A stretch of 64,000 bases of DNA from an uncultured Opitutia bacterium (GTDB lineage Bacteria; Verrucomicrobiota; Verrucomicrobiia; Opitutales; Opitutaceae), in assembly GCA_903872425.1 (NCBI GenBank), contig CAIQKQ010000043.1, positions 2,071 to 66,070 of the forward strand. The letters are read 5' to 3'. This document shows, one piece after another, positions 48,924 through 58,881 of this stretch (its first letter is position 1; every line of letters starts with the position of its first letter). The notes under the pieces are model-generated. The model saw only the letters and a list, made by a program, of their open reading frames with translations, made no database searches and had not been told where the DNA came from. The position numbers and the translations under genes are program-made.

Positions 48924-50252
48924 TTACTTCGTCACCGGCTTGTAGCCCTGCCAGACCCACTCGAGAGCCTGCGGGTAGGTTTGCGCGATGACTTTGCCGT
49001 CGGTGTGACCAGCGTTTTTGGCGTAAACGAGCTCGTAATGATAGCCCTTCGCCTTCAGCACGTCGGCCATGCGGATGTTCGCGATGACCCAGTTGTGGAA
49101 ACCGGACGACGGCGCGGTCGAGCTGTTGTCGTTCTGTGAGACGTGCAGCCAGAGGCGCAACGGTTTGACGGGGGAGTTGGGAATCATCGTCTCATGGACA
49201 TTCCAAGCGCCGTGCGGGGTGTCCGGGCCGGCCTGCTGGTTCACGAAGGTGCCCGAGTAAATGAGCGCGCGGTGATACAGCTCGGGATGAAACCACGCCA
49301 TGTTGAACGCCGCCGAGCCGCCGGAGCTACCGCCCAACGTCATGCGTCCGTCGGGATCCTTCGTGATCTTGACGCCGTAGTCCTGCTCGACTTTGGGCAA
49401 AATCTCCGCCTCGACGAATTCGGCGTATTTGCCGGAAACCGTATCGTACTCTAGGCCGCGCTCGCTGCCGGGGCCGTCGCCGCCGCCGTTGGCGATCATC
49501 ACCGCGATCATTGCCGGCAGGCGTTTGTCGGCGATCATGTTGTCGAGGATGGTGGGGAGTTGGTTGCGGTTCGCGCCGTAGGCGTCGCACGAAACGATGA
49601 CGGGCGCCGGTTGGCCGGCGACATACTGGCCCGGGATGTAGACCGTAACTTTCCGCGTCGCCGAGGCGCCGCGTTTCCCGGTGTCGGGGTAAAATTTGCT
49701 GTCGGCGGCGTTAAGGGTGAAGCTCTCGACTCGGCCCTTCGGCACGCCGTCGCGCGGGGTCTGTTCGGGAGCGGGAGCGTAGTCCGGCCCGATAGAGAAA
49801 TTGCCGTCGCCGGAGCCGGCTTTCCACGCCGGGAAGTCGGCGAGCCGGGCAATCTCGGCCTTGTCGGCGTCGGTCATGGGGGCGGCGTTGCCGCGCCCGC
49901 CGCCCCGTCCGCCGCGAGCACCGGCGGCGATGGGGGCAAACTGCGGCTTCTGGGTGTCGTTGAGAAGGGCAGCGATCTTGGTGTTGGCCTCAGCTCGCGC
50001 TGCGTCGGCTTGGCTTTGGGTGGTGGCAAAAGCAGCATCGGCCTTCGCCTGCGCGTCGAGCAAAGGAGAGATTTGCGCAGCCTGTTGCTCGCTGAGGGTG
50101 AGCGCGGACTTGAGTGTGGCGAGGTCCGGCAGCGGCACGGCGGCGAACGCAGCTCCAGCAGGAGCGGCAGCGGCGGCGACGAGGGGATGCGCGGTGGCGA
50201 GCAGGCAGAGCGCGGCGGCGGTACGGAGGAGGGGGGCTGATTTCGGGTACAT
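48924..50252 (-). CDS. secreted esterase-family protein (enterochelin/CE1-type alpha/beta hydrolase) with an N-terminal LTXXQ-like helical region
   Basis: Signal peptide, LTLSEQQAAQ motif, GARGGRGGGRG stretch, and an esterase core with nucleophile elbow LGGSSGGSAAF. Confidence 0.78.
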   Translation of the reverse strand: MYPKSAPLLRTAAALCLLATAHPLVAAAAAPAGAAFAAVPLPDLATLKSALTLSEQQAAQISPLLDAQAKADAAFATTQSQADAARAEANTKIAALLNDTQKPQFAPIAAGARGGRGGGRGNAAPMTDADKAEIARLADFPAWKAGSGDGNFSIGPDYAPAPEQTPRDGVPKGRVESFTLNAADSKFYPDTGKRGASATRKVTVYIPGQYVAGQPAPVIVSCDAYGANRNQLPTILDNMIADKRLPAMIAVMIANGGGDGPGSERGLEYDTVSGKYAEFVEAEILPKVEQDYGVKITKDPDGRMTLGGSSGGSAAFNMAWFHPELYHRALIYSGTFVNQQAGPDTPHGAWNVHETMIPNSPVKPLRLWLHVSQNDNSSTAPSSGFHNWVIANIRMADVLKAKGYHYELVYAKNAGHTDGKVIAQTYPQALEWVWQGYKPVTK

Positions 50253-50464
50253 GGGATGGGGCGGGGTGGTATAGGGAAGCTGCGAAGCGTATAGGTTTGG
50301 TCAATTACAGGCTGAGGTGAAGATTATTTCATCTTGAATGCGTTCCAGTATATCGGCCGTGCAGTAAGTGACGTTTTTCGTGCGTTGGGCCGGAGCAAAA
50401 TCCAGTCGGTTTATGGCAAAAAATGCGGTGCGTTCCGAACCGACATAGCGAATACTATTCAACC

Positions 50465-51328
50465 ATGAATCGCCCCGTTCTCCCCCATGCCGTTCGCCCG
50501 ATACTGGCGCTCTGCATTGTCGCTGGGACCTTGTTCGGTGCGGAGAATATGGCCTCACGCGAGCAGAGTCTGCCGCCTACCCAGGCCCCCCTGAACACCA
50601 CCGATCCGGCATCGGCCAACCGCACTATCGCTGACCTGAAGCTCGATTTGATCTGGATCAAACCCGGCACCTTCAAGATGGGGAGTGAGCCGGACGAGCC
50701 CGAGCGCAACCAGGCCGAGGGACCGGTTATGAAAGTGATCCTGACAAAAGGATTTTGGATCGGGAGAACCGAGATGACACAGGGTCAGTACGAGGCGATC
50801 ATCGGCATCAACCCCAGCCACTTTCCCGAGGTGGGGAAAGATGCTCCGGTGGAAAATGTGTCATGGACCGACGCGATGGAGTTTTGCGCGAAACTAAACG
50901 CCCGCGAGCGGGCCGCCGGACGCCTGCCCGATGGGTACGCCTACACGCTGCCGACTGAGGCCCAATGGGAATATGCCTACCGCGCTGGAACCACGAGTGC
51001 CTACCCCGGCACGCCCGATACGATGGGCTGGAACGCGAAGAACAGCGGTGAGACCACCCATCCCGTTGGCCAGAAACAAGCCAGTCCTTGGGGGCTGTAT
51101 GACATGGCAGGAAATGTGCTCGAATGGTGCTACGATTGGTATGGTCCCTATCCCGGCGGAGCGCAGACCGATCCCACTGGCCCGCGCTCGGGCTCCTTTC
51201 ACATGGCGCGCGGCGGAAGTTGGAGGATGGAACCCCGAATCAACCGCTCGGCCGAGCGTGCCGGCGGCTCGACGGGACGGCGCGACTATACGCTCGGCTT
51301 TCGTCTCGCGCTTTGCCCTGTGCGGTGA
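50465..51328 (+). CDS. formylglycine-generating enzyme (SUMF1/FGE-sulfatase domain) family protein
   Basis: Signal peptide, VSWTDAMEFC, LPTEAQWEYA, NVLEWCYDWY and RGGSW motifs. Confidence 0.85.
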   Translation: MNRPVLPHAVRPILALCIVAGTLFGAENMASREQSLPPTQAPLNTTDPASANRTIADLKLDLIWIKPGTFKMGSEPDEPERNQAEGPVMKVILTKGFWIGRTEMTQGQYEAIIGINPSHFPEVGKDAPVENVSWTDAMEFCAKLNARERAAGRLPDGYAYTLPTEAQWEYAYRAGTTSAYPGTPDTMGWNAKNSGETTHPVGQKQASPWGLYDMAGNVLEWCYDWYGPYPGGAQTDPTGPRSGSFHMARGGSWRMEPRINRSAERAGGSTGRRDYTLGFRLALCPVR

Positions 51329-51583
51329 AGTTGGAGCGCAGCCCAGAGATTGAGGGAGGAAACGAGGAGGCCGGGAATGATCCGTACTTGGTTTCAGGTA
51401 CTTGAATTCTGATGGTTGGTGGCGTTTCAGCTCGGTGGATGGAGTGTGCCGGAATGTCGCGCTCCACCTTCCTGTCAGTTTCCTCGTTTTGTGATTTCTT
51501 GCTGAAACTATGTATCGTCCCGCATCTTGCCGCGCGGCTGAAATGTCACTTGCCCGCCATCGGGCGCATTCCAGATTTGACCT

Positions 51584-51985
51584 ATGTGCTCCGCCCCCAC
51601 CGCCAAATCCCAAACCATTGACGATTTTCTCGCCCGCCTAGATGACGACAAGCGCGCTGCGTTGGAAAAATTGCGCCAGGCTATCCGGGCTGTTATACCA
51701 GAAGCGGAGGAGTGCATCAACTATGGCGTGCCAGCCTTTCGGCTGGAGGGGAAGATGCTTGTGGCATTTGGCGCAGGCGCGCGTCACTGCGCGTTCTATC
51801 CCGGGGCCTTTCCTATCGCGACACATCAGGCCGCACTCAAGGACTACGACACCAGCAAGGGCACCATCCGCTTTACGGCGGACCGCCCCCTGCCGGTCAC
51901 GCTGGTGCGGAAGTTGGTCAAGGCCCGGCTTGCGCAGCGCACGGCCGGCAACGTTGCGCCCGCTCGCAAGTCGAGGGCGAAATGA
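51584..51985 (+). CDS. DUF1801 (YdhG-like) domain protein
   Basis: 133 aa with IDDFLARLDDDKRAALEKLRQAIRAVIPEAEECINYGVPAFRLEGKMLVAF, as in the YdhG/DUF1801 family. Confidence 0.7.
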   Translation: MCSAPTAKSQTIDDFLARLDDDKRAALEKLRQAIRAVIPEAEECINYGVPAFRLEGKMLVAFGAGARHCAFYPGAFPIATHQAALKDYDTSKGTIRFTADRPLPVTLVRKLVKARLAQRTAGNVAPARKSRAK

Positions 51986-52774
51986 TGTTCGTCGACCATG
52001 GATTACATCCTAGATTTCGCCCCCGGTACGTGTCATCCGGCAGCCAGCCCGGCTCAATGTTTACAAAAGGATCTTTGACTCACGTCCTCGAAGAAATGTT
52101 CGTCCGCATCTGTGCTGCATTGCCATCGAACCTCGCAATTGCGTCAAACCGTCTAGGCCGGTCAAATGTCCTGAGGCTTCAAACCAGTCCACGAGTTCAA
52201 GGCTTGGGAAAACTCCAGACCGATGCCCTATTGGCGTCGAGAGGGTTTGGACAGGGATGGAAGAAATTTAGGAAACTCGGGTTCACGGGTGGCGTGTTCG
52301 AGGGCAGGGCAGCGGTGGCTTTAGGGGGTCTTAAGCCCGGCCTACCACCCCCAAGGCTGGGTTTAACCAGCTCTCCAATTACCGGGCTTTCGGCGGCCAT
52401 GTCGGCGATGTCCTGCGCGGCCGCGGCGGTCAGCGTCGTCGGTTTGAATTAGCGGGTCTGGTCGGTCACCAAGGCGACGTGGGTCTGTTTCTCCAAGTCC
52501 GTCGGTAGGGTACCGAGGGGTAGGTGGGCCTAGGCCATAAGCGAACTAGTTGGATTCATGGATGTTCTGGACGCTTGTAATGGGCTCATATTTCCAGCTC
52601 AGTCTGGGCTCATCCTTCGTGTCCTTCGAACGGTCCATCGCAACGCTATCCATGCCGCCAAAGAAGCCCGACGTTCAATCCGTGATTACGCCATGAAAAC
52701 AAATATTAATCGGCTGACCACATGGGTAAAAAACCACTCCCTATGCTCAGCGATCTGACTAACCCGGCCCGCCC

Positions 52775-53443
52775 ATGATCAAGTCCATCAAAAAAAGGTT
52801 GTTCCGCACAGACGGCTGGCTGCATCGCCAGATTGTCGCCGAATTTCACCGCCAATGGTATGACTCGGCGCACACCTGGAGGGAAAACCGGTTCCTCGGC
52901 CACCGCATCCTCCAATGCCCGCTCGACCTTCAGCTTTACCAGGAGATTGTCTTTGCGACCCGCCCGCGCTTTTTCCTGCAGACAGGCGTCGCCCACGGTG
53001 GCTCCCTGCTTTATTTTGCCAGCCTGTTCGACCTAATCGGGGCTGACGCGTCGGCGCTCGTTGTTGGCGTGGACATTAAGCTGACCGAAGCCGCCCGCGC
53101 GCTCAACCACCCACGGATCCGGCTTGTCGAGGGCGACTCGACCGCCCCGGCGGTGCTCGCGCAAGTTCGCGCTCTCCTCCCAGCCGCACGCGGCATGGTC
53201 GCGCTTGATTCTTTGCACACGGCCGACCACGTCGCGGCCGAACTGCTCGCCTATCGCGAGTTTGTCGCACCCGGCTGCTATTTGGTCGTGGAAGACACCA
53301 ACCTCAACGGCCACCCGGTTTGTCCCAAGTTCGGGCCCGGCCCCTTCGAGGCCGTTGGCCCCTTTCTTCGCGGTGACGGTGATTTCGTCTGTGACGACAC
53401 GCTCTGGCGCCGGAACTTCTTTTCGTTTCACCAACACGGCTAG
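52775..53443 (+). CDS. CmcI/cephalosporin-hydroxylase-family class I SAM-dependent methyltransferase
   Basis: 222 aa with F..W....TW....FLG....Q.P.DL...QEI and ETGVAHGGS-like motif (LQTGVAHGGSLLYFA), then VGVDI...EGDS. Confidence 0.78.
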   Translation: MIKSIKKRLFRTDGWLHRQIVAEFHRQWYDSAHTWRENRFLGHRILQCPLDLQLYQEIVFATRPRFFLQTGVAHGGSLLYFASLFDLIGADASALVVGVDIKLTEAARALNHPRIRLVEGDSTAPAVLAQVRALLPAARGMVALDSLHTADHVAAELLAYREFVAPGCYLVVEDTNLNGHPVCPKFGPGPFEAVGPFLRGDGDFVCDDTLWRRNFFSFHQHG

Positions 53444-53463
53444 CTCCGCCGCGTCAAAGGCTG

Positions 53464-53492
53464 AGCGGGGTGATGGGTCCCGCTTTGGTTTT
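53464..53492 (+). terminator. possible intrinsic terminator after the CmcI-like gene
   Basis: AGCGGG (53464-53469) pairs with CCCGCT (53479-53484), followed by TTGGTTTTAT. The stem is short. Confidence 0.4.
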
Positions 53493-53518
53493 ATCGCTAA
53501 AGAGTTGTCGGCCGCGCG

Positions 53519-54730
53519 CTAACCGCCGAGCGACGCACGGAAAATTGCCACGGATTGGGCGAGTTCCTCGGCGGTCGCATTGAGCGGGGGGAGCAGGCGG
53601 ATGACGTTGTTGCCCGAGCCGGCGGTGAGTAGGCCACGCTCGCGCAGCGCGGCGATGATCGGCGCGAGGTCGCCGGTCATCTGCACGCCCACAAGGTAGC
53701 CTAGGCCGCGCACGCCTGCGACCTTGGCGGGGAAATCCGCCACGAGCGTTTGCAGCGCGGCAAGCCACGGACCGATTTGCGCGGAGACTTTTTCGAGCAG
53801 GCGTTCGCGTTCGATCACGTCCAGCACGGCGAGCGCGGCGGCGCAGCCGAGTGGCGTGCCGCCGAAGGTTGTGCCGTGCGAGCCGGGATGAAAGAGATCG
53901 GCGGCGTTCTCGCGCACCCACATCGCACCGATGGGGAAGCCACCGCCGAGGCCCTTGGCGAGCCCGACGGCGTCGGGCTGCACCCCTGTGTGCTCGAACG
54001 CGAAGAACTTCCCCGTCCGCCCCACGCCAGTCTGCACCTCATCAAGGAGAAGCAGTAGGTTGTGTTTGGTGCAAAGCGCGCGCAGGCCGCGCAGAAACTC
54101 GGGCGTGCAGGGGTTGACGCCGCTCTCGCCCTGTACGGGCTCGACGAGAATGGCGGCGGTCGCGTCGTCCACGAGGTCGGCGAAACTCTGGAGGTTGTTC
54201 AGCTCGCCAAACGAGAAGCCAGGCACGAGCGGGCGGAAGTTGTGCTGGATTTTCTCCTGCGGCGTGGCGCTCATCGCGCCAAAGGTGCGGCCGTGAAACG
54301 CGCTTTGGGCGGCAATGACCTTGTAACACTTGCCCTCCTCGCCGCCGGCCTTTTTTACGCCATGCAGGCGGGCGAGTTTAATGAGCGCCTCGTTGGCCTC
54401 CGCGCCGCTGTTGCAGAAAAACACGCGTCCCGGCCCGGCGAGCGCGACTAGGCGGCGCGCGAGCTCAGCCTGGTTGGGATGGCGGAAAAGGTTGCTCGTG
54501 TGAATGAGCTCGCCGGCCTGCCGTTGCACCGCAGCAACCCAGTGCGGGTGGCAGTGGCCCAGCGCGCTCACGGCGATGCCGCTGGTGAAGTCGAGATAAG
54601 ACTTACCTGAGTCGTCCCACACCCGCGCGCCTTCGCCGCGCACTAGCGTAAGTGGCTGGCGCGGATAGTTCTTCAGGACGTGCGCGTCGTAGAGATCGGC
54701 GGCGCTCGGGCGCGTGAGGGTGGGCTGCAT
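53519..54730 (-). CDS. argD: acetylornithine aminotransferase
   Basis: 403 aa from MQPTLTRPSAADLYDAHVLKNY. Class-III aminotransferase motifs (FCNSGAEANE, LLLLDEVQTGVGRTG). Downstream of argB. The upstream 105 codons were rejected. Confidence 0.92.
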   Translation of the reverse strand: MQPTLTRPSAADLYDAHVLKNYPRQPLTLVRGEGARVWDDSGKSYLDFTSGIAVSALGHCHPHWVAAVQRQAGELIHTSNLFRHPNQAELARRLVALAGPGRVFFCNSGAEANEALIKLARLHGVKKAGGEEGKCYKVIAAQSAFHGRTFGAMSATPQEKIQHNFRPLVPGFSFGELNNLQSFADLVDDATAAILVEPVQGESGVNPCTPEFLRGLRALCTKHNLLLLLDEVQTGVGRTGKFFAFEHTGVQPDAVGLAKGLGGGFPIGAMWVRENAADLFHPGSHGTTFGGTPLGCAAALAVLDVIERERLLEKVSAQIGPWLAALQTLVADFPAKVAGVRGLGYLVGVQMTGDLAPIIAALRERGLLTAGSGNNVIRLLPPLNATAEELAQSVAIFRASLGG

Positions 54731-54735
54731 GGAAA

Positions 54736-54763
54736 GGCGGATTGCGGATTGCGGATTGCGGGT
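54736..54763. repeat. heptamer tandem repeat GCGGATT x3 + GCGGGTT (AATCCGC on the coding strand), 6 nt upstream of the argD start
   Basis: Read directly from the sequence. Confidence 0.92.
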
Positions 54764-54914
54764 TGGCAATCTCGGAAACGAGGCGGCGCTTTGAAACAGG
54801 AAGCTATGAAGCCATGTGAGGGTGGGTAAACGTAGCGCGACGCGTACACCACCTAACACGGAAATGGGGGCAGAAAATTCTTCTGCAATCAGAAATCCGC
54901 ACTCCACATTTCTC

Positions 54915-55796
54915 TCACCCCGCCACGATTTCCGTGCCGATCCCGTGGTCCGTGAAAATCTCCAGCAGCAGCGAGTGTGGCAGGCGGCCATCAATGAAGT
55001 GGACGCGTTGCACGCCCTCCTCCAGCGCGCGCACGGCGCTGGCAACTTTCGGCTTCATCCCTTTGTCGATGACGCCCTTTTTCTTAAGGTCGTCCACCTG
55101 CGAGATTTTCAGGGTCGAAATGAGCGAGGCGGGGTCTTTCGGGTCGGCGAGAAGACCGGCCACGTCGCTCATATAGACGAGGCGGCGAGCGTGGAGCGCA
55201 CTGGCGACGCGACCGGCGGCGACGTCGGCGTTAACGTTGTAGGGCTTGCCATCGAGGCCGACAGCGACCGGCGAAATGACGGGCACGTAGCCGTCGGCGA
55301 TCTCCTTCTTGATGAGCTTCACCTTCACCTCGGTCACGTCGCCGACAAAACCGAGGTCAACGGCGTTGCCGTCGTCGTCCACGGTGAGCTTTTCGCAGAC
55401 AAGTACGCTGTCGCCGGGCAGTCCCCGCGGGCGGCCTTTCGCGCCAGCGATGGCGGCGCACACGTCTTGGTTGACGATCTCGTCGAGCGTTTTCTTGACG
55501 ATGGCGATGGTGGCTTCGTCGGTGACGCGGAGGCCGTTGATGAAATTGGCCTTGAGGCCGGAACCCTCCATCGCGCGGGTGATGGCCTTGCCTCCGCCGT
55601 GGACGACGACGACGTTGATACCGACCGCCGCAAGAAACGCGAGGTCACACGCGATACGGTTGCGCGCCGCCGGATCGGGGTCGTCCATGAAGCTGCCGCC
55701 GTATTTCACGACGAAAGTGGAGCCGCGAAAATCCTGAATATAGGGCAGTGCCTCCAGCAGTACCTTGGCCTTGGCGGTAATCTCAGCAACGTCCAT
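54915..55796 (-). CDS. argB: acetylglutamate kinase
   Basis: 293 aa with [17 protein letters not shown] and amino-acid-kinase fold motifs. Confidence 0.93.
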   Translation of the reverse strand: MDVAEITAKAKVLLEALPYIQDFRGSTFVVKYGGSFMDDPDPAARNRIACDLAFLAAVGINVVVVHGGGKAITRAMEGSGLKANFINGLRVTDEATIAIVKKTLDEIVNQDVCAAIAGAKGRPRGLPGDSVLVCEKLTVDDDGNAVDLGFVGDVTEVKVKLIKKEIADGYVPVISPVAVGLDGKPYNVNADVAAGRVASALHARRLVYMSDVAGLLADPKDPASLISTLKISQVDDLKKKGVIDKGMKPKVASAVRALEEGVQRVHFIDGRLPHSLLLEIFTDHGIGTEIVAG

Positions 55797-55988
55797 GGCG
55801 GCGCGTCAGAGGGCGCGGCCGGGGGCCGCGAGGTGGAAAAGAGTGCCGAGAAAAATGCTCACGAGGAAAAGCGCGGACGATGGTTAAGGGGGAAGCGCGG
55901 AGGATTTCCACAAAAATTTTCAGGCAACTGGGGTCTTTGGGCTAAAAATTCTGCTTCACTCCGCCACGCGCGGGCGCAAGTTCGCGGC

Positions 55989-57308
55989 GTGCCCAGCACC
56001 AATCTCACGTTCCCCAACCGCGCCGCGCACCGCACGTGGCTCGCATCTCAAGCGGCGCTGCCGGCGGGTTTCCGCGTGGGGACGGCGCGATTCGACTTCA
56101 TGCCACGTGAGGCACCAAAGCCCGCGAAAATGTCGCTCACGCTCATCGCGCTCGACCGGCCGACGGCGGATTTCGCAGCGGTGTTCACGCAGAATGCGTT
56201 TCCCGGCGCGCCCGTGATCGTGGGCCGCTCGCGGCTGGGCGAGCCGACGCTCGGCGCGATCCTCGTGAACAACAAGATTTCCAACGTCTGCGCGCCTGGT
56301 GGTGTCGCAGCGAGCGAGCGCGTGTGCACGGAAACAGCGCGGTTGCTCGGCCTCACGCCGCGCGAAGTGTTGCCGTGTTCAACAGGCGTCATCGGCTGGA
56401 CGCTGCCCGTGGACGCCATGGTCGCCGCGCTCCCGGCGGCGGTGGCGGCGCTCGCCAGTGGCTCGATCCTGCCGGCCGCCGAAGGCATCGTGACGACCGA
56501 TCTTTACCCGAAAATCCGTCGCGCCGACCTCGCGGGGGGCGGCAGCATCGTCGGGATTGCGAAAGGTGCGGGCATGATTGAGCCGAATTTGGCGACGATG
56601 CTCGTCTATCTATTCACGGATGTGGCCTTGCCGCGCGACCTGTTGCGGGCGATGCTGGCACGCGCGGTCGGGCCAACCTTTAACAGCATCAGCATTGACA
56701 GTGACACGAGCACGTCAGACACGGTCGCGCTCGTATCGTCGACACGCGTGCCGTGCGGTGACCTAGCGGCGTTCGAAGCGGCGCTGATGACCGTATGCCG
56801 TGACCTCGCGGAGGATGTCGTGCGGAACGGCGAGGGCGTGCGGCACGTCATCCGGGTTGTAGTCACCGGCGCAGCCGACGCGGCGCAGGCGCGCGCCTTG
56901 GGCAAAGCGATTGTTAACGCACCGCTCTTCAAGTGCGCGGTGGCGGGCAACGACCCGAACGTCGGCCGGCTCGTGCAGGCGATCGGCAAACACGTCGGCG
57001 CTCAGGCACCGGGCACTGACCTATCGCGACTCACGGTGCGGATGGGCGGCAACGAGATTTTCGCGAACGGAGTTTTTCAGTTGAACCCAGAGAAGGAAGC
57101 CGCACTCGTCGCGCATCTGCGCGGCGCTGAGCTGTACGCGAGCGCGCCGCCGAAGGACGGCGTGTTCACGGCGGCGGTGGACTACCCGCCGCATGAGCGT
57201 TGTGTGGAAATCGAGGTCGCACTCGGCGCGGGTGGCTCAGCGGCGACGGTCTTTGGCGGCGATCTCACGCACGAATACGTAAGCGAGAACGCGGACTACC
57301 GGAGCTAA
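55989..57308 (+). CDS. argJ: bifunctional glutamate N-acetyltransferase / amino-acid acetyltransferase ArgJ
   Basis: LPAGFRVG..., [23 protein letters not shown] (autoprocessing A|TML site) and a C-terminal ...[11 protein letters not shown]-type end. Start uncertain (GTG at 55989 proposed). The first ~390 codons of the 830-aa track ORF are antisense to argB and were rejected. Confidence 0.86.
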   Translation: MPSTNLTFPNRAAHRTWLASQAALPAGFRVGTARFDFMPREAPKPAKMSLTLIALDRPTADFAAVFTQNAFPGAPVIVGRSRLGEPTLGAILVNNKISNVCAPGGVAASERVCTETARLLGLTPREVLPCSTGVIGWTLPVDAMVAALPAAVAALASGSILPAAEGIVTTDLYPKIRRADLAGGGSIVGIAKGAGMIEPNLATMLVYLFTDVALPRDLLRAMLARAVGPTFNSISIDSDTSTSDTVALVSSTRVPCGDLAAFEAALMTVCRDLAEDVVRNGEGVRHVIRVVVTGAADAAQARALGKAIVNAPLFKCAVAGNDPNVGRLVQAIGKHVGAQAPGTDLSRLTVRMGGNEIFANGVFQLNPEKEAALVAHLRGAELYASAPPKDGVFTAAVDYPPHERCVEIEVALGAGGSAATVFGGDLTHEYVSENADYRS

Positions 57309-57597
57309 CGGCACGGAATGTTCAGCCGCAGCTTTCAGTACCCAAGTCACCGCATCACTTGCAGATTAAAGCTACACCGCACCCGTCGCATACCGGCCGG
57401 TGCGCACACGACAACAAAGTTTTGTGCTCTCCTTGGCGTCCGGTGACGGGAGTTACCGTTTTCTCGTCTCCCCAGGGGGAGATCTGGCTGCCGTCTGGCC
57501 CATGATTTTGCCTGCGCTCCTCTCGCACGCCAGAACTTGCGCTTGCCCCATCCGCCGCTCCACGGCAGTTGTGCTGGCCAACCCCGCCCCTGATAAA

Positions 57598-58359
57598 ATG
57601 CAAACCGTGCACCGCCCCTTGATTCGCCGGCTTATGTTGTTCGTCACCGGCCTGCTGGCCGCGCTGGCCTTTGCCGCCGCACCGTCCGTTCCCGCTTCGA
57701 CTCCTGCGGCTGTGCCTTCAGCCTCCGTCCCGGCCACGGAAAATCGTTTTGAGAAAAACGTGCGCGACTACGAAGCTGCCGACCGGGCCAGTCCGCCGCC
57801 CAAGGGTGCGATCCTGCTCGTCGGCGACTCCCAGTTTTTCCGGTGGAAGACGCTCGCCGCAGACCTGCCCGGCTATACCGTCGTCAACCGTGGCATTGAT
57901 TCGCTCCAGATGTCCGATCTGCTGCTTTTCGCTGACCGCCTCGTGACAGCGGCCAATCAGCCGCGACTCATCGTTCTCCATGTCGGCGGCAACGATGTCC
58001 ACAACGGCCGCAAGCCCGAGCAAGTGCTGGCCGACTTCCAGGCGTTTGTCGCCAAGGCGCGCGTCAAACTACCTACTGTGCCCATCGCCTTCAGTAGCAC
58101 TACACCCGGTCCGGCGCGCTGGGACGAGCGCGCGGTGCGCGTTCAAACCAACAAGTTGCTCAAAGACTACATCGGCACCCAAAAAAATCTTCATTTCATT
58201 GATCTCTGGGACGCCATGCTCACGCCCGACGGCAAACCGCGCGAGGATCTTTGGGTCGAGGACCGCATCCACCCCAATCAAGCCGGCTACCAAATCCGCG
58301 TGAAGATCATGCGCCCGCTGCTCGGCGAGCCGGACCAAAAGGTGGCGCCGACGAAGTAG
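57598..58359 (+). CDS. secreted SGNH/GDSL-family hydrolase
   Basis: Signal peptide MQTVHRPLIRRLMLFVTGLLAALAFAAA, block I LLVGDSQF, GGND block and a C-terminal D..HP block (DRIHPN). Confidence 0.8.
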   Translation: MQTVHRPLIRRLMLFVTGLLAALAFAAAPSVPASTPAAVPSASVPATENRFEKNVRDYEAADRASPPPKGAILLVGDSQFFRWKTLAADLPGYTVVNRGIDSLQMSDLLLFADRLVTAANQPRLIVLHVGGNDVHNGRKPEQVLADFQAFVAKARVKLPTVPIAFSSTTPGPARWDERAVRVQTNKLLKDYIGTQKNLHFIDLWDAMLTPDGKPREDLWVEDRIHPNQAGYQIRVKIMRPLLGEPDQKVAPTK

Positions 58360-58459
58360 TATTTATTCAGTCAGTTTGGTGGTAGCCAGCTTCGCTGACT
58401 TCGGTTCCGCCCTCCGTCCCGCCTGCAACCCGTGAACGCAAAGCGTCGGCCCGACCAGC

Positions 58460-58654
58460 TCACCCCGCGTGACGCAGCTCGGGCGCGGCCCACGCGGGCG
58501 GTGGAAAAAATTCCAGCGTGAGGTCCGGCCGCTGGTTAAGCACCAGGAAATCGTGCTCGGCGCGGTCGGGGGCGGCGTCGAACAACGGTGGGTGATGAAA
58601 CGGCCGGGCATGGGCCGCTAGTTGGGTGGTATGGGCTTCGATCGTGGTGGGCAT
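58460..58654 (-). CDS. hypothetical 64-aa protein (weak call)
   Basis: ORF only, with no recognisable family. It starts about 50 nt after a strong terminator, so independent expression is doubtful. Confidence 0.3.
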   Translation of the reverse strand: MPTTIEAHTTQLAAHARPFHHPPLFDAAPDRAEHDFLVLNQRPDLTLEFFPPPAWAAPELRHAG

Positions 58655-58703
58655 GGTGGTGGTTGGTTAAACCGCCCCCCTTGTTGCGCCGCCGGATCGA
58701 GGC

Positions 58704-58737
58704 AAAAAAAAGCCCCTCCGGCGTCGCGCCGGAGGGG
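58704..58737 (-). terminator. strong intrinsic terminator
   Basis: Minus strand reads CCCCTCCGGCG-CGA-CGCCGGAGGGG (perfect 11-bp stem) followed by C and T8. Confidence 0.85.
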
Positions 58738-58761
58738 GTGGTGAGATTCGTAGGACGAAAA

Positions 58762-58881
58762 TCAGAACCCTCGCGGCGCGTCGGTAACGACGGAACCGAT
58801 GACGGCAACGACGGCGGAGCCGCCGACCACAGTGCAGTGGACGAAGCGGGCGACGAACGAAGGATTGCCGGAGGATTGCAT
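58762..58881 (-). CDS. 39-aa hydrophobic small protein (candidate)
   Basis: My own translation: MQSSGNPSFVARFVHCTVVGGSAVVAVIGSVVTDAPRGF. Third codon positions are mostly G/C, as in genuine genes here. One predicted TM helix. Its stop lies 24 nt before the terminator. Too short for the ORF track. Confidence 0.45.
   Translation of the reverse strand: MQSSGNPSFVARFVHCTVVGGSAVVAVIGSVVTDAPRGF

Noticed and set aside
51712-52452. 246-aa plus-strand ORF
   Set aside because: Its first third overlaps the DUF1801 gene out of frame. The remainder is low-complexity with poor third-position GC bias and no recognisable family.
54816-55988. First ~390 codons of the 830-aa plus-strand ORF ending at 57308
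   Set aside because: This part is exactly antisense to argB and the argB-argD spacer and has no ArgJ similarity. Only the part from about 55989 matches ArgJ.
58460-58881. Leader-peptide / terminator attenuator controlling the downstream 64-aa ORF (the Val-rich peptide resembles ilv-type leaders)
   Set aside because: The downstream ORF has no link to branched-chain amino-acid metabolism and is itself doubtful. I could not identify an alternative antiterminator pairing.
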